The notes beneath the pieces were generated by a model, which saw nothing but the letters and a program-made list of their open reading frames with translations, made no database searches and was not told where the DNA came from. From the NCBI GenBank assembly GCA_965232515.1, contig CBDDPY010000002.1, positions 1,312,001 to 1,376,000 of the forward strand: DNA of 64,000 nucleotides, read 5' to 3'. Below, piece after piece: positions 29,653-41,377 of the stretch. Source of the DNA: Alphaproteobacteria bacterium. Lineage in GTDB: Bacteria > Pseudomonadota > Alphaproteobacteria > GCA-2731375. Every line of letters begins with the position of its first letter. Positions within the stretch are counted from its first letter, which is position 1. A program made the translations under genes and the position numbers.

Positions 29653-30564
29653 ATGAGCTGGCAGCCGGCGGGCGTGCCGATGTGTCATGAAAAGCGTAGG
29701 CCCATTGACGTCCTGATCGAGCCGCGGGCCCGGAATCTGGGCGGATTCGAGGTGCGCCGGGTGCTGCCATCGGCCAGGCGACGCAGCGTCGGGCCGTTCG
29801 TGTTCTTCGACGAGATGGGACCGGCGGCGTTTCCGGCCGGTGAGGGAATCGATGTGCGGCCGCATCCGCATATCGGCCTTGCAACGGTGACCTATCTGTT
29901 CGAGGGCGAAATCCTGCATCGCGACAGCCTGGGCTCGGTACAGCCGATCCAGCCCGGCGCGCTGAACTGGATGACGGCCGGCCGCGGCATTACTCATTCT
30001 GAACGCACGCCCCCGGCGCTGCGTGCCGAAGGGCAGCGGTTGCACGGAATCCAGTCCTGGGTCGCGCTGCCCCGCGACCTGGAAGAGACCGCACCCGACT
30101 TCCAGCACTTTCCGGCAGACAGTCTGCCGGTCGTCGAGCGGGACGGCGCCACGTTGCGGCTGATCGCCGGCGAGGCCTATGGCGAACGGGCGCCTGTCGA
30201 AACCGCCCTCGACCTGATTTATCTCGAAGCCAACCTGAAGGCCGAAGCGCCGTTGCCGCTGCCGGAGGACAAGGCCGAGCTTGCCGTCTATGTCGTGACC
30301 GGAGATGTCAGGATCGGCGATGCGCCGGTCGCGCCGGGCCGCATGGCGGTGCTGAGCCCAGAAGCGTCGTGCACGGTTACCGCGCTCTCCAAGGCCAGGC
30401 TGATGCTGTTGGGCGGCGCGCCTGTGGATGCCAAGCGGTACATGTGGTGGAATTTCGTCTCGAGTTCCGAGGCGCGCATCGAGCAGGCCAAAGCCGACTG
30501 GCGCGACGGCCGTTTCCCGCAAGTGCCCGGCGAAGACGACATCATTCCCCTGCCGGAAACCTGA
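29653..30564 (+). CDS. Pirin-family protein
   Basis: RPHPHIGLATVTYLF.G.I.HRDSLG, MTAGRGITHSE, WWNFVSS. Confidence 0.95.
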   Translation: MSWQPAGVPMCHEKRRPIDVLIEPRARNLGGFEVRRVLPSARRRSVGPFVFFDEMGPAAFPAGEGIDVRPHPHIGLATVTYLFEGEILHRDSLGSVQPIQPGALNWMTAGRGITHSERTPPALRAEGQRLHGIQSWVALPRDLEETAPDFQHFPADSLPVVERDGATLRLIAGEAYGERAPVETALDLIYLEANLKAEAPLPLPEDKAELAVYVVTGDVRIGDAPVAPGRMAVLSPEASCTVTALSKARLMLLGGAPVDAKRYMWWNFVSSSEARIEQAKADWRDGRFPQVPGEDDIIPLPET

Positions 30565-30843
30565 TCGCTTGACGCCGGCCCCATCGGCCCGGCGATAATG
30601 ATCGCGATGTAGGCGTACGCCGATGCCATGCGTGGCGGCGTAGCGTTTCGTCGGTAGCCCCAGTGAATGTATGGCCGCGATGGCGGCCGCTTCTCCGTAT
30701 CTCACATTGCGTAACGGCATGGATCGGCAGGGCGCGCGTGGACGCGGCCCGCCGTTGTTGACCGCCGTCCGCGCGATTGCCCCCTTACGAAAACAGAACC
30801 AACGAGGCGCGCATAGGCCGCGCCCGACAAGGAGGGAAAAAGC

Positions 30844-31371
30844 ATGAGCCAATCAGGCGTGAACAGACGGCAATTCCTGCACAAGGGTGGTCTCGCGGTG
30901 GCCACGGCGGCGGCCATGGCCAGCGCCATGACCGTGATCGACCCGAACGCGGCGTGGTCGATGACGACGAAGGCGCTGACGCCCGACACCGCACAGGCGT
31001 TGCTGAAGATGTCGCGGACGCTCTATCCGCACGACATGCTGGCCGACGTCTATTACGGCAAGGTGGTCGAGGCGCTGGATGCCGGGGCCGACGACGACAA
31101 GCTGTTCAATGACCTGCTGAACGACGGCGTTGCCGGACTGAACGCCATCAACGGCATCCTGTTCGTCGACCTCAGCCGTGGCGCTCAGCTCGCGGCCGTC
31201 ACCAGCATCGAGGGCTCGGAGTTCTTCGTCGCGGTCCGCGACACCACGGTCTGGACGCTCTACGCCAACCCGCTGGTCTGGCGCTACTTCGGCTACGAGG
31301 GGCCGTCGGCCGAACACGGCGGCTATCTCGAGCGTGGCTTCGACGACATCGCCTGGCTGCCGAAAGCCTGA
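30844..31371 (+). CDS. Tat-exported small subunit (gluconate 2-dehydrogenase subunit 3-like)
   Basis: NRRQFL twin-arginine signal; W..FGYEG.S...GGYLERGF.DI.WL; directly before a GMC oxidoreductase. Confidence 0.8.
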   Translation: MSQSGVNRRQFLHKGGLAVATAAAMASAMTVIDPNAAWSMTTKALTPDTAQALLKMSRTLYPHDMLADVYYGKVVEALDAGADDDKLFNDLLNDGVAGLNAINGILFVDLSRGAQLAAVTSIEGSEFFVAVRDTTVWTLYANPLVWRYFGYEGPSAEHGGYLERGFDDIAWLPKA

Positions 31372-31385
31372 GCGGGGAGGGACAC

Positions 31386-32945
31386 ATGGCGACATTCGAC
31401 AAGAACGACGACAGCGTCGTCGTGGTGATCGGTTCCGGCGCCGGCGGCGGCACGCTGTCGCGCGAGCTGACGCAAAAGGGCATCAACGTCGTCTGCCTGG
31501 AAGCCGGCAAGCGCTACACGCTGGCCGACTTCCGAAACGACGACAACTACATGTTCGAGCTGGTCTCCTGGCTGGACCCCATGTCGCAGTCCGGCGACAT
31601 CGCCACGCACCGGGCAACACCGCTCTGGACCTGCAAGACGGTCGGCGGCACGACGGTGCACTGGGCCGGCAACTGCCCGCGGTTCCAGCCGCACGAGTTC
31701 AAGGCGCGCACGACCTACGGCGATCTGCCGGGCGCCAACCTGCTGGACTGGCCGATCGGCTACGACGATCTCGAGCCCTACTACGAGCGGGCCGAGACGG
31801 CCATGGGCATTGCCGGCCGCGGCGGCCGGCCGCAACTGCCGGGCAACAACAACTTCATGGTCATGCAGGCCGGCGCCAAGCGGATCGGCTATAGCAAGAT
31901 TCACACCGGCTACATGGCGATCAACTCGGAACCCTATGACGACCGGCCGGCCTGCCGGCAGATCGGTTTCTGCATGCAGACCTGCGTCATCGGCGCCAAA
32001 TGGTCGACGCTCTATGCCGACATCCCGAAGGCGGAAGCGACCGGCAAGTTCGAGCTACGCCCGGAGAGCATGGTGCTGAAGATCAATCACAACGCCGACG
32101 GCAAGGTCACGGGCGTCGTCTATGTCGATGCCGACGGCAACCGACAGGAACAGAAAGCCCGTGTGGTGGCCGTCGCCGGCAACTCGATCGAGACGCCGCG
32201 GCTCTTGCTGAATTCGGAGTCGGCGCAGTTCCCGGACGGTCTGGCGAATTCCTCCGGTCAGGTCGGCCGCAATTACATGCGGCACACAACAGGCTCGGTG
32301 TTCGGCATCATGCCGAAGCCGGTGAACTGGCACCGCGGCACGCAGATGGCGGGGCTGGTGGAGGACGAGGCCGGTCACCAGACCGATCGCGGCTTCGCCG
32401 GCGGCTATTACCTTGAAACCCTGCCACTAGGGCTCGCCATCGCGCCGGCGGTGACACTGCCGGGCGCCTGGGGCCGCGACTATACGGCGAAGATGGAAAT
32501 GTACGACCACTTCGCCGGCATGTGGATCTGTGGCGAGGACATGCCGCAGGAGAGCAATCGCATTACGCTCAACGACACGGAGCGCGACCAGTACGGCCTG
32601 CCGATCCCGCACGTGCATTTCGACGACCACCAAAACGACAAGGCCATGCGCAACCATGCCTACAAGCAGGGCCGGGCGGTCTACGAGTCGTTGGGCGCAA
32701 CGGATGCGATCGAAGTGCCGCCGTTCTCGTCGGGCCACAACATGGGCACCAGCCGGATGAGCGAGAAGCCAGAGGACGGTGTCGTCAACCAATGGGGCCA
32801 GACCCACGACATCGCCAACCTGTTCATCTCGGACGGCAGCGTGTTCACGACGGGGGCGGCCTGCAACCCGACGCTGACCATCGTCGCGCTCGCCATCCGC
32901 CAGGCCGATTACCTGGCCGATCAGATGGCGAAGAACGAGATCTGA
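31386..32945 (+). CDS. GMC-family FAD oxidoreductase
   Basis: IGSGAGGG, VGGTTVHW, CRQIGFCMQTC, NSSGQVGRN, HNMGT.RM, NPTLT. Confidence 0.95.
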   Translation: MATFDKNDDSVVVVIGSGAGGGTLSRELTQKGINVVCLEAGKRYTLADFRNDDNYMFELVSWLDPMSQSGDIATHRATPLWTCKTVGGTTVHWAGNCPRFQPHEFKARTTYGDLPGANLLDWPIGYDDLEPYYERAETAMGIAGRGGRPQLPGNNNFMVMQAGAKRIGYSKIHTGYMAINSEPYDDRPACRQIGFCMQTCVIGAKWSTLYADIPKAEATGKFELRPESMVLKINHNADGKVTGVVYVDADGNRQEQKARVVAVAGNSIETPRLLLNSESAQFPDGLANSSGQVGRNYMRHTTGSVFGIMPKPVNWHRGTQMAGLVEDEAGHQTDRGFAGGYYLETLPLGLAIAPAVTLPGAWGRDYTAKMEMYDHFAGMWICGEDMPQESNRITLNDTERDQYGLPIPHVHFDDHQNDKAMRNHAYKQGRAVYESLGATDAIEVPPFSSGHNMGTSRMSEKPEDGVVNQWGQTHDIANLFISDGSVFTTGAACNPTLTIVALAIRQADYLADQMAKNEI

Positions 32946-33006
32946 GGGAGGGCAGGGACGTGGCCGGGATCGGTGTTCGCGGTCCCGGCCATTCCTTTTG
33001 CAGGGA

Positions 33007-34005
33007 TCAAATTCCGAAGAAGGCGCGGGCGTTGCCGCCCAGGATTTGAGACTTGGCCGCCGCCGACAGCGTCGGATGGCCGCGAACCAAGCCGCCGACG
33101 GACTGTTCGCCGAGCGGGAAGGGGTAGTCGGAGCCAAGCATCACGCGTTCCTCGCCCATCACCGCCACCAGCAAGCTGAGCGCGCCCTCGTCGAAGACGG
33201 CGCTGTCGACGCAGAACCGGTCGACATAGCACGACGGGGGATTTGGGCAGTCCTCGCGCACAATGTCGCGTTGGCGCCAGGCGTTGTCGACCCGGCCCAG
33301 CAGGTAGGCGAAGCTGCCGCCGCCGTGCGCGAAGCAGAGCTTCAGCGACCGGGGCAGGCGTTCGAAGGCGCCGGACAGGACCAGCGAGAGGATCGCGAGC
33401 TGGGTTTCGGCCGGCATCGCCACCAGCCAGGGCAGCATGTACTTCGGCATGCGGTCGCGCGCCATCATGTCCCAGGGGTGCACCAGCACGGCCGCGTTCT
33501 CATCGGCGCAATGCTGCAGGAAGGTGATCAGGCCTTCGTCGTCCAGGTTCTTCTCGCCGACATGGTTGCCGATCTGCACGCCGAGATGGCCGTCGCGCAT
33601 GGCGCGGCTGACCTCGGCGCAGGCGAGGTCAATGTCCTGCAGCGGCACCTGGCACAGCGCCTTCAACCGGTCGGGCCGGTGGGCGCAGAGTTCGAGCGCG
33701 GCGTCGTTGAAGATCCGCGCGCAGTCTCGCGCCTGTTCGGCCGGCCGCATATAGGCGAACAGCAGCGGCGTCGCGCAGAGGATCTGCACATCGATGCCGT
33801 CGCGGTCCATCTCCGCCAGCCGCACGGCCGGGTTCCAGCAGGCCTCGTAGATCGGCCGGAATTCCCTGTCGCCCAGCATGACCATGGCTTTGCCGCCGCC
33901 CAGATGCTTCATCCACGGCCAGTCCGGCGTGCCGAAGCGTTCGGCGAGATCGGGCCAGGTCTCGGGAAAGAAATGGCTGTGCATGTCGACGATCAAGGAA
34001 CGCAA
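33007..34005 (-). CDS. nbaD: 2-amino-3-carboxymuconate-6-semialdehyde decarboxylase (ACMSD); start approximate
   Basis: [41 protein letters not shown]; follows nbaC. Confidence 0.88.
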   Translation of the reverse strand: MRSLIVDMHSHFFPETWPDLAERFGTPDWPWMKHLGGGKAMVMLGDREFRPIYEACWNPAVRLAEMDRDGIDVQILCATPLLFAYMRPAEQARDCARIFNDAALELCAHRPDRLKALCQVPLQDIDLACAEVSRAMRDGHLGVQIGNHVGEKNLDDEGLITFLQHCADENAAVLVHPWDMMARDRMPKYMLPWLVAMPAETQLAILSLVLSGAFERLPRSLKLCFAHGGGSFAYLLGRVDNAWRQRDIVREDCPNPPSCYVDRFCVDSAVFDEGALSLLVAVMGEERVMLGSDYPFPLGEQSVGGLVRGHPTLSAAAKSQILGGNARAFFGI

Positions 34006-34010
34006 CTCCC

Positions 34011-34610
<600 letters not shown>

Positions 34611-34707
34611 CTATACAGTCAGCCGGCCGGCGGCGGCATCAATCGTCGCAAACCCGGCCGGTCCGCTTGAGGCAGCACCTGTTGTCGTTGAAGACCCGGC
34701 CGAAGGC

Positions 34708-36018
34708 TTACGCCGCGACGTCGGGGCGCAGCAGGCATTCCGGCGGAAAGCGCAGTTCGACAAGCGTGCCGACGCCGACTTCGCTCTTGATGGTCAGCGT
34801 GCCGTTGTGCAGCTCGATCAGCTTTTTGGTCAGCGGCAGCCCGAGGCCGGCGCCGTCGGCGCTGCGGTCGTGGCCGCTGTCGAGCTGGACGAACGGCAGC
34901 AGGACCCGGTCCAGGTCCTCCGCCGCGATGCCGATGCCATCGTCGCGCACGGCGACCACCAGATCGCCGGCACGGTCGATGGTGACGGACAGGCCGATAT
35001 GGCCACTCGGCTCGGTGAACTTCACGGCATTCATCAGGAGGTTCAGCAGAATCTGCCGCATCCGGCGCTCGTCACCCGACATCGCCGGCAAGCCGTCGTC
35101 GATCTTGGCCTCGACCTTGACGCCCTTGCGGTCTGCCTGCGTCGACACCATGCGCAGGGCGACGGCCGCGGTCTCGCCGATGTCAATCGGCTGCATCTGG
35201 CAGTCGAGCTCGCCCGCCTCGGCCTTCGAGAAATCCAGAATGTCATTGATCAGCGAAAGCAGATGCGTGCCGCTGCTATGGATATCGGCGACATAGCTAT
35301 CGTATTGCGAGCTGCCAAGCGGCCCGTGGATGTTGTTGGCCATGGCCTCGGAGAAACCGATGATCGCATTCAACGGCGTGCGCAGTTCGTGGCTCATGGT
35401 CGCCAGGAATTCGGTCTTCGTGCGGTTGCCGGCCTCGGCGTCGTTCAACGCCTTCTGCAGATCGACGTTCGATTGACGCAATTGCTTGAACGTGTCGTCG
35501 AGCACCCGGTTCGGCATCACCTGCACCAGGATGGAAATCGAGCCGGCGGCAATCGCGGCGACGGCGGCAACCACGGCCGCATAGTAGGCGACGGGCAGCA
35601 TGCTTTTGGTCACGCTGACGGTCGCGACCCGCTGGGCCTCGAAGTAAACGGTGCGGGTGCGGACCATGGTCGGCCAGCGTTGGAAATAGCCCTTGGACAA
35701 GATGTTATCGCCATTGGCGTCCGCCAATTCGACAAAGATCTGCGTACCGTCGAGCTGACGGTCGGTCAGCAGGGCGTTCAGACGATCCATCTCCGCCTCC
35801 CAGGTCATGGGATTTGCGTACACGAAGCGGGTGACCTCGTCGGTCTGCTTGGTGACCTCAGCATAGAGATCGGTGATCTCATGGTTGAGCGTGATGGCGA
35901 CATAGCCGGCCGGCGCCGTGATCGCCATCAGTACGGCGATAACACCGACCAGATTGGCGACCAGCCGGTGGACGCGTTCGGCTTCGCGCTGCAGTGTGGA
36001 TGTATGCACGGCGTTCAT
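34708..36018 (-). CDS. Membrane sensor histidine kinase (orphan)
   Basis: Two TM segments; FLATMSHELRTPLNAIIGFS; NAVKFT; DDGIGI; GAGLGL. Confidence 0.93.
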   Translation of the reverse strand: MNAVHTSTLQREAERVHRLVANLVGVIAVLMAITAPAGYVAITLNHEITDLYAEVTKQTDEVTRFVYANPMTWEAEMDRLNALLTDRQLDGTQIFVELADANGDNILSKGYFQRWPTMVRTRTVYFEAQRVATVSVTKSMLPVAYYAAVVAAVAAIAAGSISILVQVMPNRVLDDTFKQLRQSNVDLQKALNDAEAGNRTKTEFLATMSHELRTPLNAIIGFSEAMANNIHGPLGSSQYDSYVADIHSSGTHLLSLINDILDFSKAEAGELDCQMQPIDIGETAAVALRMVSTQADRKGVKVEAKIDDGLPAMSGDERRMRQILLNLLMNAVKFTEPSGHIGLSVTIDRAGDLVVAVRDDGIGIAAEDLDRVLLPFVQLDSGHDRSADGAGLGLPLTKKLIELHNGTLTIKSEVGVGTLVELRFPPECLLRPDVAA

Positions 36019-36349
36019 TTCGAACCTATGAGATCGGTTTGGTCCCGATCGTTCCTGGTGGCGGCTGCACGACCCTTGGGTCGACCTGCAGCGATCTGAC
36101 GATTTCAGAAAACGCTGTGGTGGCGCGGTTTACACTCCGACCCCGCATATAGTTCGGAATTCTAATGTTTACGCCCTTAAGTTGAGGTTAAGACCAGCAC
36201 CGCATGTCGTGGTTCGCCAAATGAGCCTGTGGCGGCGGCGATATGGTCAGTCCGGCGATTGCCGACAGGGGTCGGACCTGATCGATCCGGTACCGGCGAC
36301 GCGCTACTCCCCGCTTGACGCCGCGCCCTGGCGGCGCAATCTGTCTGAG

Positions 36350-37681
36350 ATGCCAGATGAAACCGACTTCGACCGTGCGCCTGGCGGTGCTGCCGCCTCC
36401 CGCCGGCGGCGACATGTCCCGGACCGGACGCCCGCGGCGCCCGGCGGATTGGGGCAATGGATCCGCGCCGCCGGGCTGTCCGCAATCCTTGCCTGTACGG
36501 TGCTGCCGCCCTCGGCGATGCCGGCAAATGGCGCGGAGAACGCCTGCGTTCAGGCCGGGACCTGGATCGATCCGAAGACCGGCGACGTGCTGGCGGTCGA
36601 CGCGCTGATATCGTCCCTGGCGACGCGGTCGGTTGTTCTGCTGGGCGAGCGCCATACGGACCCCGAACACCATCGCTGGCAGGCTGCGATGCTGGCCGCC
36701 CTGCAGGCTCACCGGCCGGCGCTTGCCGTCGGCTTCGAAATGTTTCCCCGCAGCGTGCAGCCGGCGCTTGATGCTTGGTCCCGGGGCGAACTGAGCACCG
36801 AGGCGTTCCTGCGCCAGTCACGATGGCGGGAAGTCTGGGGTTTTGACGAAGGACTCTATCTGCCGCTGCTGCACTTCGCGCGCGCGAACCGACTGCCGGC
36901 GCTGGCATTGAATGTCGAGCGCTCGCTGGTGGCGCGGGTCGGTCGCCAAGGCTGGAGGGCGGTGCCCGCGGCAGAGCGCGAAGGATTGACGGACCCGGCC
37001 GAGGCAACCGCGGACTATCGGCAATCATTGGTGCGTATCTATGCCCAAACGCATCGCGAGAGCGGCGCCGAGAATGCGACTGAAGACGCCGCGCCGGACC
37101 TCAAAGCCATCATGGCCGAGCCGGCGTTTCAGAACTTCGTCGCGGCGCAACTGACCTGGGACCGGGCCATGGCGGAGGCGATCGCCGCCGCGCGCGAGGC
37201 CGATCCGTCCAGGCTGGTGATCGGCATCATGGGGCGTGGCCATATCGAACATGGCTGGGGCGTGCCGCACCAGCTTGCGGACCTCGGCATTGCCGACGTT
37301 GCCGTGCTGCTGCCGATGACGGCGACGGCAGCCTGCGACGACATGGCCCCGGACCTGGCCGACGCCGTGTTCATCGTCGACGCGTCGGACGCGTCCGAGG
37401 CGCCGCCGGACCGACCGCGCCTGGGCGTAATGGTCGAGCGGGCCGATGACGGGGTCCGGGTCCTGCAGGTGGTCGACGACAGCGTCGCCGCGGCCGCCGA
37501 GCTTGTCGCCGGCGACATCATCGTCATGGCGGCGGGCCAGCCGATCAAGCGCCGCGCGGAGCTGATCGCGGTCATCCAGCGGCAGGCGCCCGGCACCTGG
37601 CTGCCGCTCGATATCAAGCGTGACGGCGAGATCATGCAACGGATCGCCAAGTTTCCCACCGCCGCAAACGACAACCCGTGA
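36350..37681 (+). CDS. ChaN-family (TIKI/EreA-like) protein with C-terminal PDZ; start uncertain
   Basis: VLLGERH....HH.WQ, GFEMF, AQLTWDRAMA, GRGH; PDZ RPRLGV...GDII. Confidence 0.82.
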   Translation: MPDETDFDRAPGGAAASRRRRHVPDRTPAAPGGLGQWIRAAGLSAILACTVLPPSAMPANGAENACVQAGTWIDPKTGDVLAVDALISSLATRSVVLLGERHTDPEHHRWQAAMLAALQAHRPALAVGFEMFPRSVQPALDAWSRGELSTEAFLRQSRWREVWGFDEGLYLPLLHFARANRLPALALNVERSLVARVGRQGWRAVPAAEREGLTDPAEATADYRQSLVRIYAQTHRESGAENATEDAAPDLKAIMAEPAFQNFVAAQLTWDRAMAEAIAAAREADPSRLVIGIMGRGHIEHGWGVPHQLADLGIADVAVLLPMTATAACDDMAPDLADAVFIVDASDASEAPPDRPRLGVMVERADDGVRVLQVVDDSVAAAAELVAGDIIVMAAGQPIKRRAELIAVIQRQAPGTWLPLDIKRDGEIMQRIAKFPTAANDNP

Positions 37682-39651
37682 AACCGCTGCTCGCCGCCAT
37701 CGGCGCACTGGCATTGTCACTTGCGTCCGCCGTCGTCGCGGCCGACGGGCGGATCCATCACGACATCGACATACGCCTGGATCCGGCGACGGGCCGGATC
37801 TCGATAAACGATGCTGTGCAGGTCGATCGCGGCGGAGATCTCGACGTATCGCTTGCCGACTGGCTCTCGATCGAAAGCGCCCGGCTCGGCGACCGGCCAG
37901 TCGAGATCCAACAACGGGCAGGCGGCTGGCGCCTCAAGCTGCCGACCGGCGACAGCCGGGTTGTCGCGCTCGAACTGAGGGGGCAGATTCCGCCATTGCC
38001 GACAAACGGCCGGCCGCGGACGGCCGGCGGCGTGTCGGGCGTCGAGGGCAGCTACCTGCCGGGCTATGCCGGCTGGCTGCCCCGGTTCGGCGATGGCCCG
38101 ATCAGCTATCGCCTGCGCGTCGAGACGCCGCTGCCCCACCGCGCGGTCGCCACCGGCCGCCTGGTTGATGAAACGGACGACGGCGAGACCTATGGCGCCA
38201 CCTTCATGGCCGACCGGCCGACGGAGCCACCGTCGCTGTTCGCCGGACCGTTCGACATCAGCGAGCGACAACACGGCGAGATCCGCCTCCGAACCTATTT
38301 TCATCCCGAGTTGGCAAGCCTCGCCGACGATTACCTGACGACGTCGGCTGCCTATCTCGACCGCTTCGCGGCGGCGATCGGCGTCTATCCCTACGATGAC
38401 TTCCATATCGTCTCGGCGCCGTTGCCGGTCGGTCTCGGCTTTCCGAATTTGACCTATGTCGGACGGCGGGTGCTGCCGCTGCCGTTCATGCGCGGCCGTT
38501 CTCTGGCGCACGAGATCCTGCACAACTGGTGGGGCAACGGCGTCGCGGTGAACTATGCCGACGGCAATTGGTCCGAGGGACTGACAACGTACATGGCCGA
38601 CTATGCCGTGGTCGCCGACCGAGGCGCCGACGCGGCGCGCGAAATGCGCCTCGGCTGGCTGCGGGACTATGCCGCCCTGCCGGACTCGCGCGACATGCCG
38701 GTGACGCGGTTTACCGCGAAACGGCACGATGCCGCGCAGGTCGTCGGCTACAACAAGGTCGCCTTTATCTTTCACATGTTGCGGCAGGAAATCGGCGATG
38801 CCGCGTTCACCGCGGCGCTTAGACAGTTTTGGCAGGACCGGCAATTGCAAACCGCCGGTTGGACTGAACTCAAAGCGGCGTTCGAAGAGGCGCACGGCGA
38901 GGGGCTTGGCTGGTTCTTCGATCAATGGCTCGATCAGGCCGGCGCGCCGCGTATCGAGCTCGGTCCGATCGTCGTTGGCGACGACGGCCAACATACGGTG
39001 ACGGTAACGCTGCGCCAAACCCCGCCGGCCTATCGACTAAGCGTGCCGGTGATGATCGAAACCGAGGCCGGCCGCGAACGCCGGTCGATCCAACTTGACG
39101 GGCAGGCAGGTGCCGCGACGTTGCGGCTCGCCGCCCGGCCGTTCGCCATCCACGTGGACCCGGACCATGATTTGTTCCGCCGGCTGCTGCCGGGCGAGAG
39201 CCCACCGATCTTCCGCGACGTTACGCTCGCCGCCGATACCCGGACGCTGATCCTGACCGACGACGAGGCCGCGCGGGCAACCGCGCGACGTCTTGCCGAT
39301 CGGCTGCTCGATACGCCGCTTCAGCTCATCGACGCCCGGGCCGATGCGCCGGACCGCTATCCGCTGCTGGTGATCGGCCTGGCCGAGCAGGTCCGGCCAG
39401 CGTTGCGGAGGGCGGGTCTCGCCAGCCGGCTCGACGGCGCCGGCACGGCGCGGGCCTGGGCCACACGCCGGCCGAACGGCCAACCGGTCTTGGTCGTAAC
39501 GGCGGCGGATGGCGACGCGCTCGGCGCGCTGCTGCGGCCGCTGCCGCACTATGGCCGCAAGAGCTTTGCGGTGTTCCAGGGACGCCGGGCGATCGATACC
39601 GGCGTCTGGCCCGTGCGCGACAGCCCGTTGCGGCGCGTTCTCCTGGACTGA
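37678..39651 (+). CDS. Secreted M1-family zinc aminopeptidase
   Basis: Signal peptide; HEILHNWWGN...WSEGLT (HEXXH-18-E); YNK. Confidence 0.88.
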   Translation: MKPLLAAIGALALSLASAVVAADGRIHHDIDIRLDPATGRISINDAVQVDRGGDLDVSLADWLSIESARLGDRPVEIQQRAGGWRLKLPTGDSRVVALELRGQIPPLPTNGRPRTAGGVSGVEGSYLPGYAGWLPRFGDGPISYRLRVETPLPHRAVATGRLVDETDDGETYGATFMADRPTEPPSLFAGPFDISERQHGEIRLRTYFHPELASLADDYLTTSAAYLDRFAAAIGVYPYDDFHIVSAPLPVGLGFPNLTYVGRRVLPLPFMRGRSLAHEILHNWWGNGVAVNYADGNWSEGLTTYMADYAVVADRGADAAREMRLGWLRDYAALPDSRDMPVTRFTAKRHDAAQVVGYNKVAFIFHMLRQEIGDAAFTAALRQFWQDRQLQTAGWTELKAAFEEAHGEGLGWFFDQWLDQAGAPRIELGPIVVGDDGQHTVTVTLRQTPPAYRLSVPVMIETEAGRERRSIQLDGQAGAATLRLAARPFAIHVDPDHDLFRRLLPGESPPIFRDVTLAADTRTLILTDDEAARATARRLADRLLDTPLQLIDARADAPDRYPLLVIGLAEQVRPALRRAGLASRLDGAGTARAWATRRPNGQPVLVVTAADGDALGALLRPLPHYGRKSFAVFQGRRAIDTGVWPVRDSPLRRVLLD

Positions 39652-39714
39652 GACGACGGCTGACGCCGCGGTCGCACCGGGCCGCGAAAGACCTGTTCCG
39701 GCGCCGCAGCGCCG

Positions 39715-40143
39715 TCAGATCACCGGTCCGGTCGCAACAACGACCTGCCAGACGATCAACAGCGTGCCGATCCAGGCAACCGTGAAGGCCAACGTGCGGA
39801 GATAGGGGATGCCGGCGATGTGGACGACCGCCTGCGCCACGCGTCCCCAAAAGAACAGCCGGGCGCCCAATGCCGTCAGGTCATTGCTGGCGCCAACGAC
39901 TTCGGCGATCAGCACGACGGCGGCGAATGGCAACAGGTTCTCGACCAGGTTCATATGCGCGCGCTGGCTGCGCTTTGCCCAGTCCGGCAGGTCGTCGTAC
40001 CTGCCGGTCGGATAGCCCATCATCGCCGGCAATCCGCGCACGCCGACGCCGGCAAGAACATAGGGAATCCAGAGCAACAAGCAGAGCAGGGCACTGTACG
40101 CCAACAAACGCAGATCCACGGTGAGCATCACCTCGGGTTCCAT
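39715..40143 (-). CDS. MAPEG-family membrane protein
   Basis: RAHMNLVENLLPFA, FFWGRV..H. Confidence 0.88.
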   Translation of the reverse strand: MEPEVMLTVDLRLLAYSALLCLLLWIPYVLAGVGVRGLPAMMGYPTGRYDDLPDWAKRSQRAHMNLVENLLPFAAVVLIAEVVGASNDLTALGARLFFWGRVAQAVVHIAGIPYLRTLAFTVAWIGTLLIVWQVVVATGPVI

Positions 40144-40398
40144 GGCGGTTTCCTCCTGTTCGGATCGAGCCCTCCCGAATCTCCCATGCTGAACGTTACC
40201 GCAAATCAGCGATGTCTACTATGTGGACACCCGCTAAAATTGCAGACAAATACGCGTAAAGATGGCTGACATTCGTAGTTAACGAAGCGTGAACACGCTA
40301 GGCCGCCGGACCGCGAGCGGCCATAATATGGATGAGGTCCAGTCCCGCTTCGCGGCGTTCAAATCGGCGCGGAGCCTTGGTTTCGCGGGAGACAGTCA

Positions 40399-40767
40399 AT
40401 GCGTACCGGTAAGACGATGCTCTGGACCCTGATGCTGACGCTGTTGCTGGCGGCGCCGGCCGGCGCCAACGACTTCACGACCGCGCTCGACGCTTTCAAG
40501 CGCGGCGATGTGCTTTCCGCCCTCGAGGATTTTCACGCCCTGGCGGACCGGGGCAGCGCCAAGGCACAGCTAAAGCTGGGCCTGATCTATGCCAAGGGAC
40601 AGGGCGTACCGCGCGATCTGGCACAGGCGCATATGTGGTTCGCACTGGCGGCCGACCAGGGCTCGTCGCCGGCGAGCCAGAACCTCGACCTCCTGTCGCT
40701 CTGGCTGACGCCGGAGCAGCGCGCCGAGGCCGAGCGCCTGACAACGGAATGGCGGTCCCTGCACTAG
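40399..40767 (+). CDS. Secreted Sel1-repeat protein
   Basis: AQLKLGLIYAKGQGVPRD..QA.MWF..AA.QG. Confidence 0.88.
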   Translation: MRTGKTMLWTLMLTLLLAAPAGANDFTTALDAFKRGDVLSALEDFHALADRGSAKAQLKLGLIYAKGQGVPRDLAQAHMWFALAADQGSSPASQNLDLLSLWLTPEQRAEAERLTTEWRSLH

Positions 40768-40870
40768 CTGCAAGGCCGCCGGGCACCGGCGGACAACTGA
40801 AGCCGGCATCGTTGATTCAGGTAGATCGAAGCGGCAAGCTTGGCGCGTGAATTGTGCCGGAGGGCGCGAC

Positions 40871-41377
40871 GTGCCAGCGGAATTCGAGATCAGCATCGCG
40901 AAGCCGGCTGACGCCGCCGCCGTCGACGCCCTGCTCGCGGCATCCTATCCGGTTCTGATGCGCCCGGGCTACGAGCCGGCGATCCTGGCCGCGGCGCTGC
41001 CCCATATGACACGGTCGAGCCCAACACTGCTGTCCTCCGACACCTACTATCTGGCGAGATCCGCGACCGGCGACGTCGTCGGCGCCGGCGGCTGGACGCG
41101 AGAGCGGCCGGGCAGTGGCGAGGTGGTGCCGGAACTCGGGCATATCCGGCATTTCGCGACCCATCCAGACTGGGTCGGGCGCGGCGTCGGTCGCCAAATC
41201 TTTGGGCGTTGCGCCGAGGCGGCCCGGGCGGCCGGCATAAGGCGCTTCGAATGCTCTGCCAGCCTGAACGCCGAGGGCTTCTACGCGGCGCTCGGCTTCA
41301 ACCGATTGGGGTACATCGAGGTGCAGATGGGGCCCGTCACGACATTTCCCGGCGCCCTGATGATGCGGTCACTTTGA
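40871..41377 (+). CDS. GNAT acetyltransferase
   Basis: FATHPDWVGRGVGR, NAEGFYAALGF. Confidence 0.85.
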   Translation: MPAEFEISIAKPADAAAVDALLAASYPVLMRPGYEPAILAAALPHMTRSSPTLLSSDTYYLARSATGDVVGAGGWTRERPGSGEVVPELGHIRHFATHPDWVGRGVGRQIFGRCAEAARAAGIRRFECSASLNAEGFYAALGFNRLGYIEVQMGPVTTFPGALMMRSL

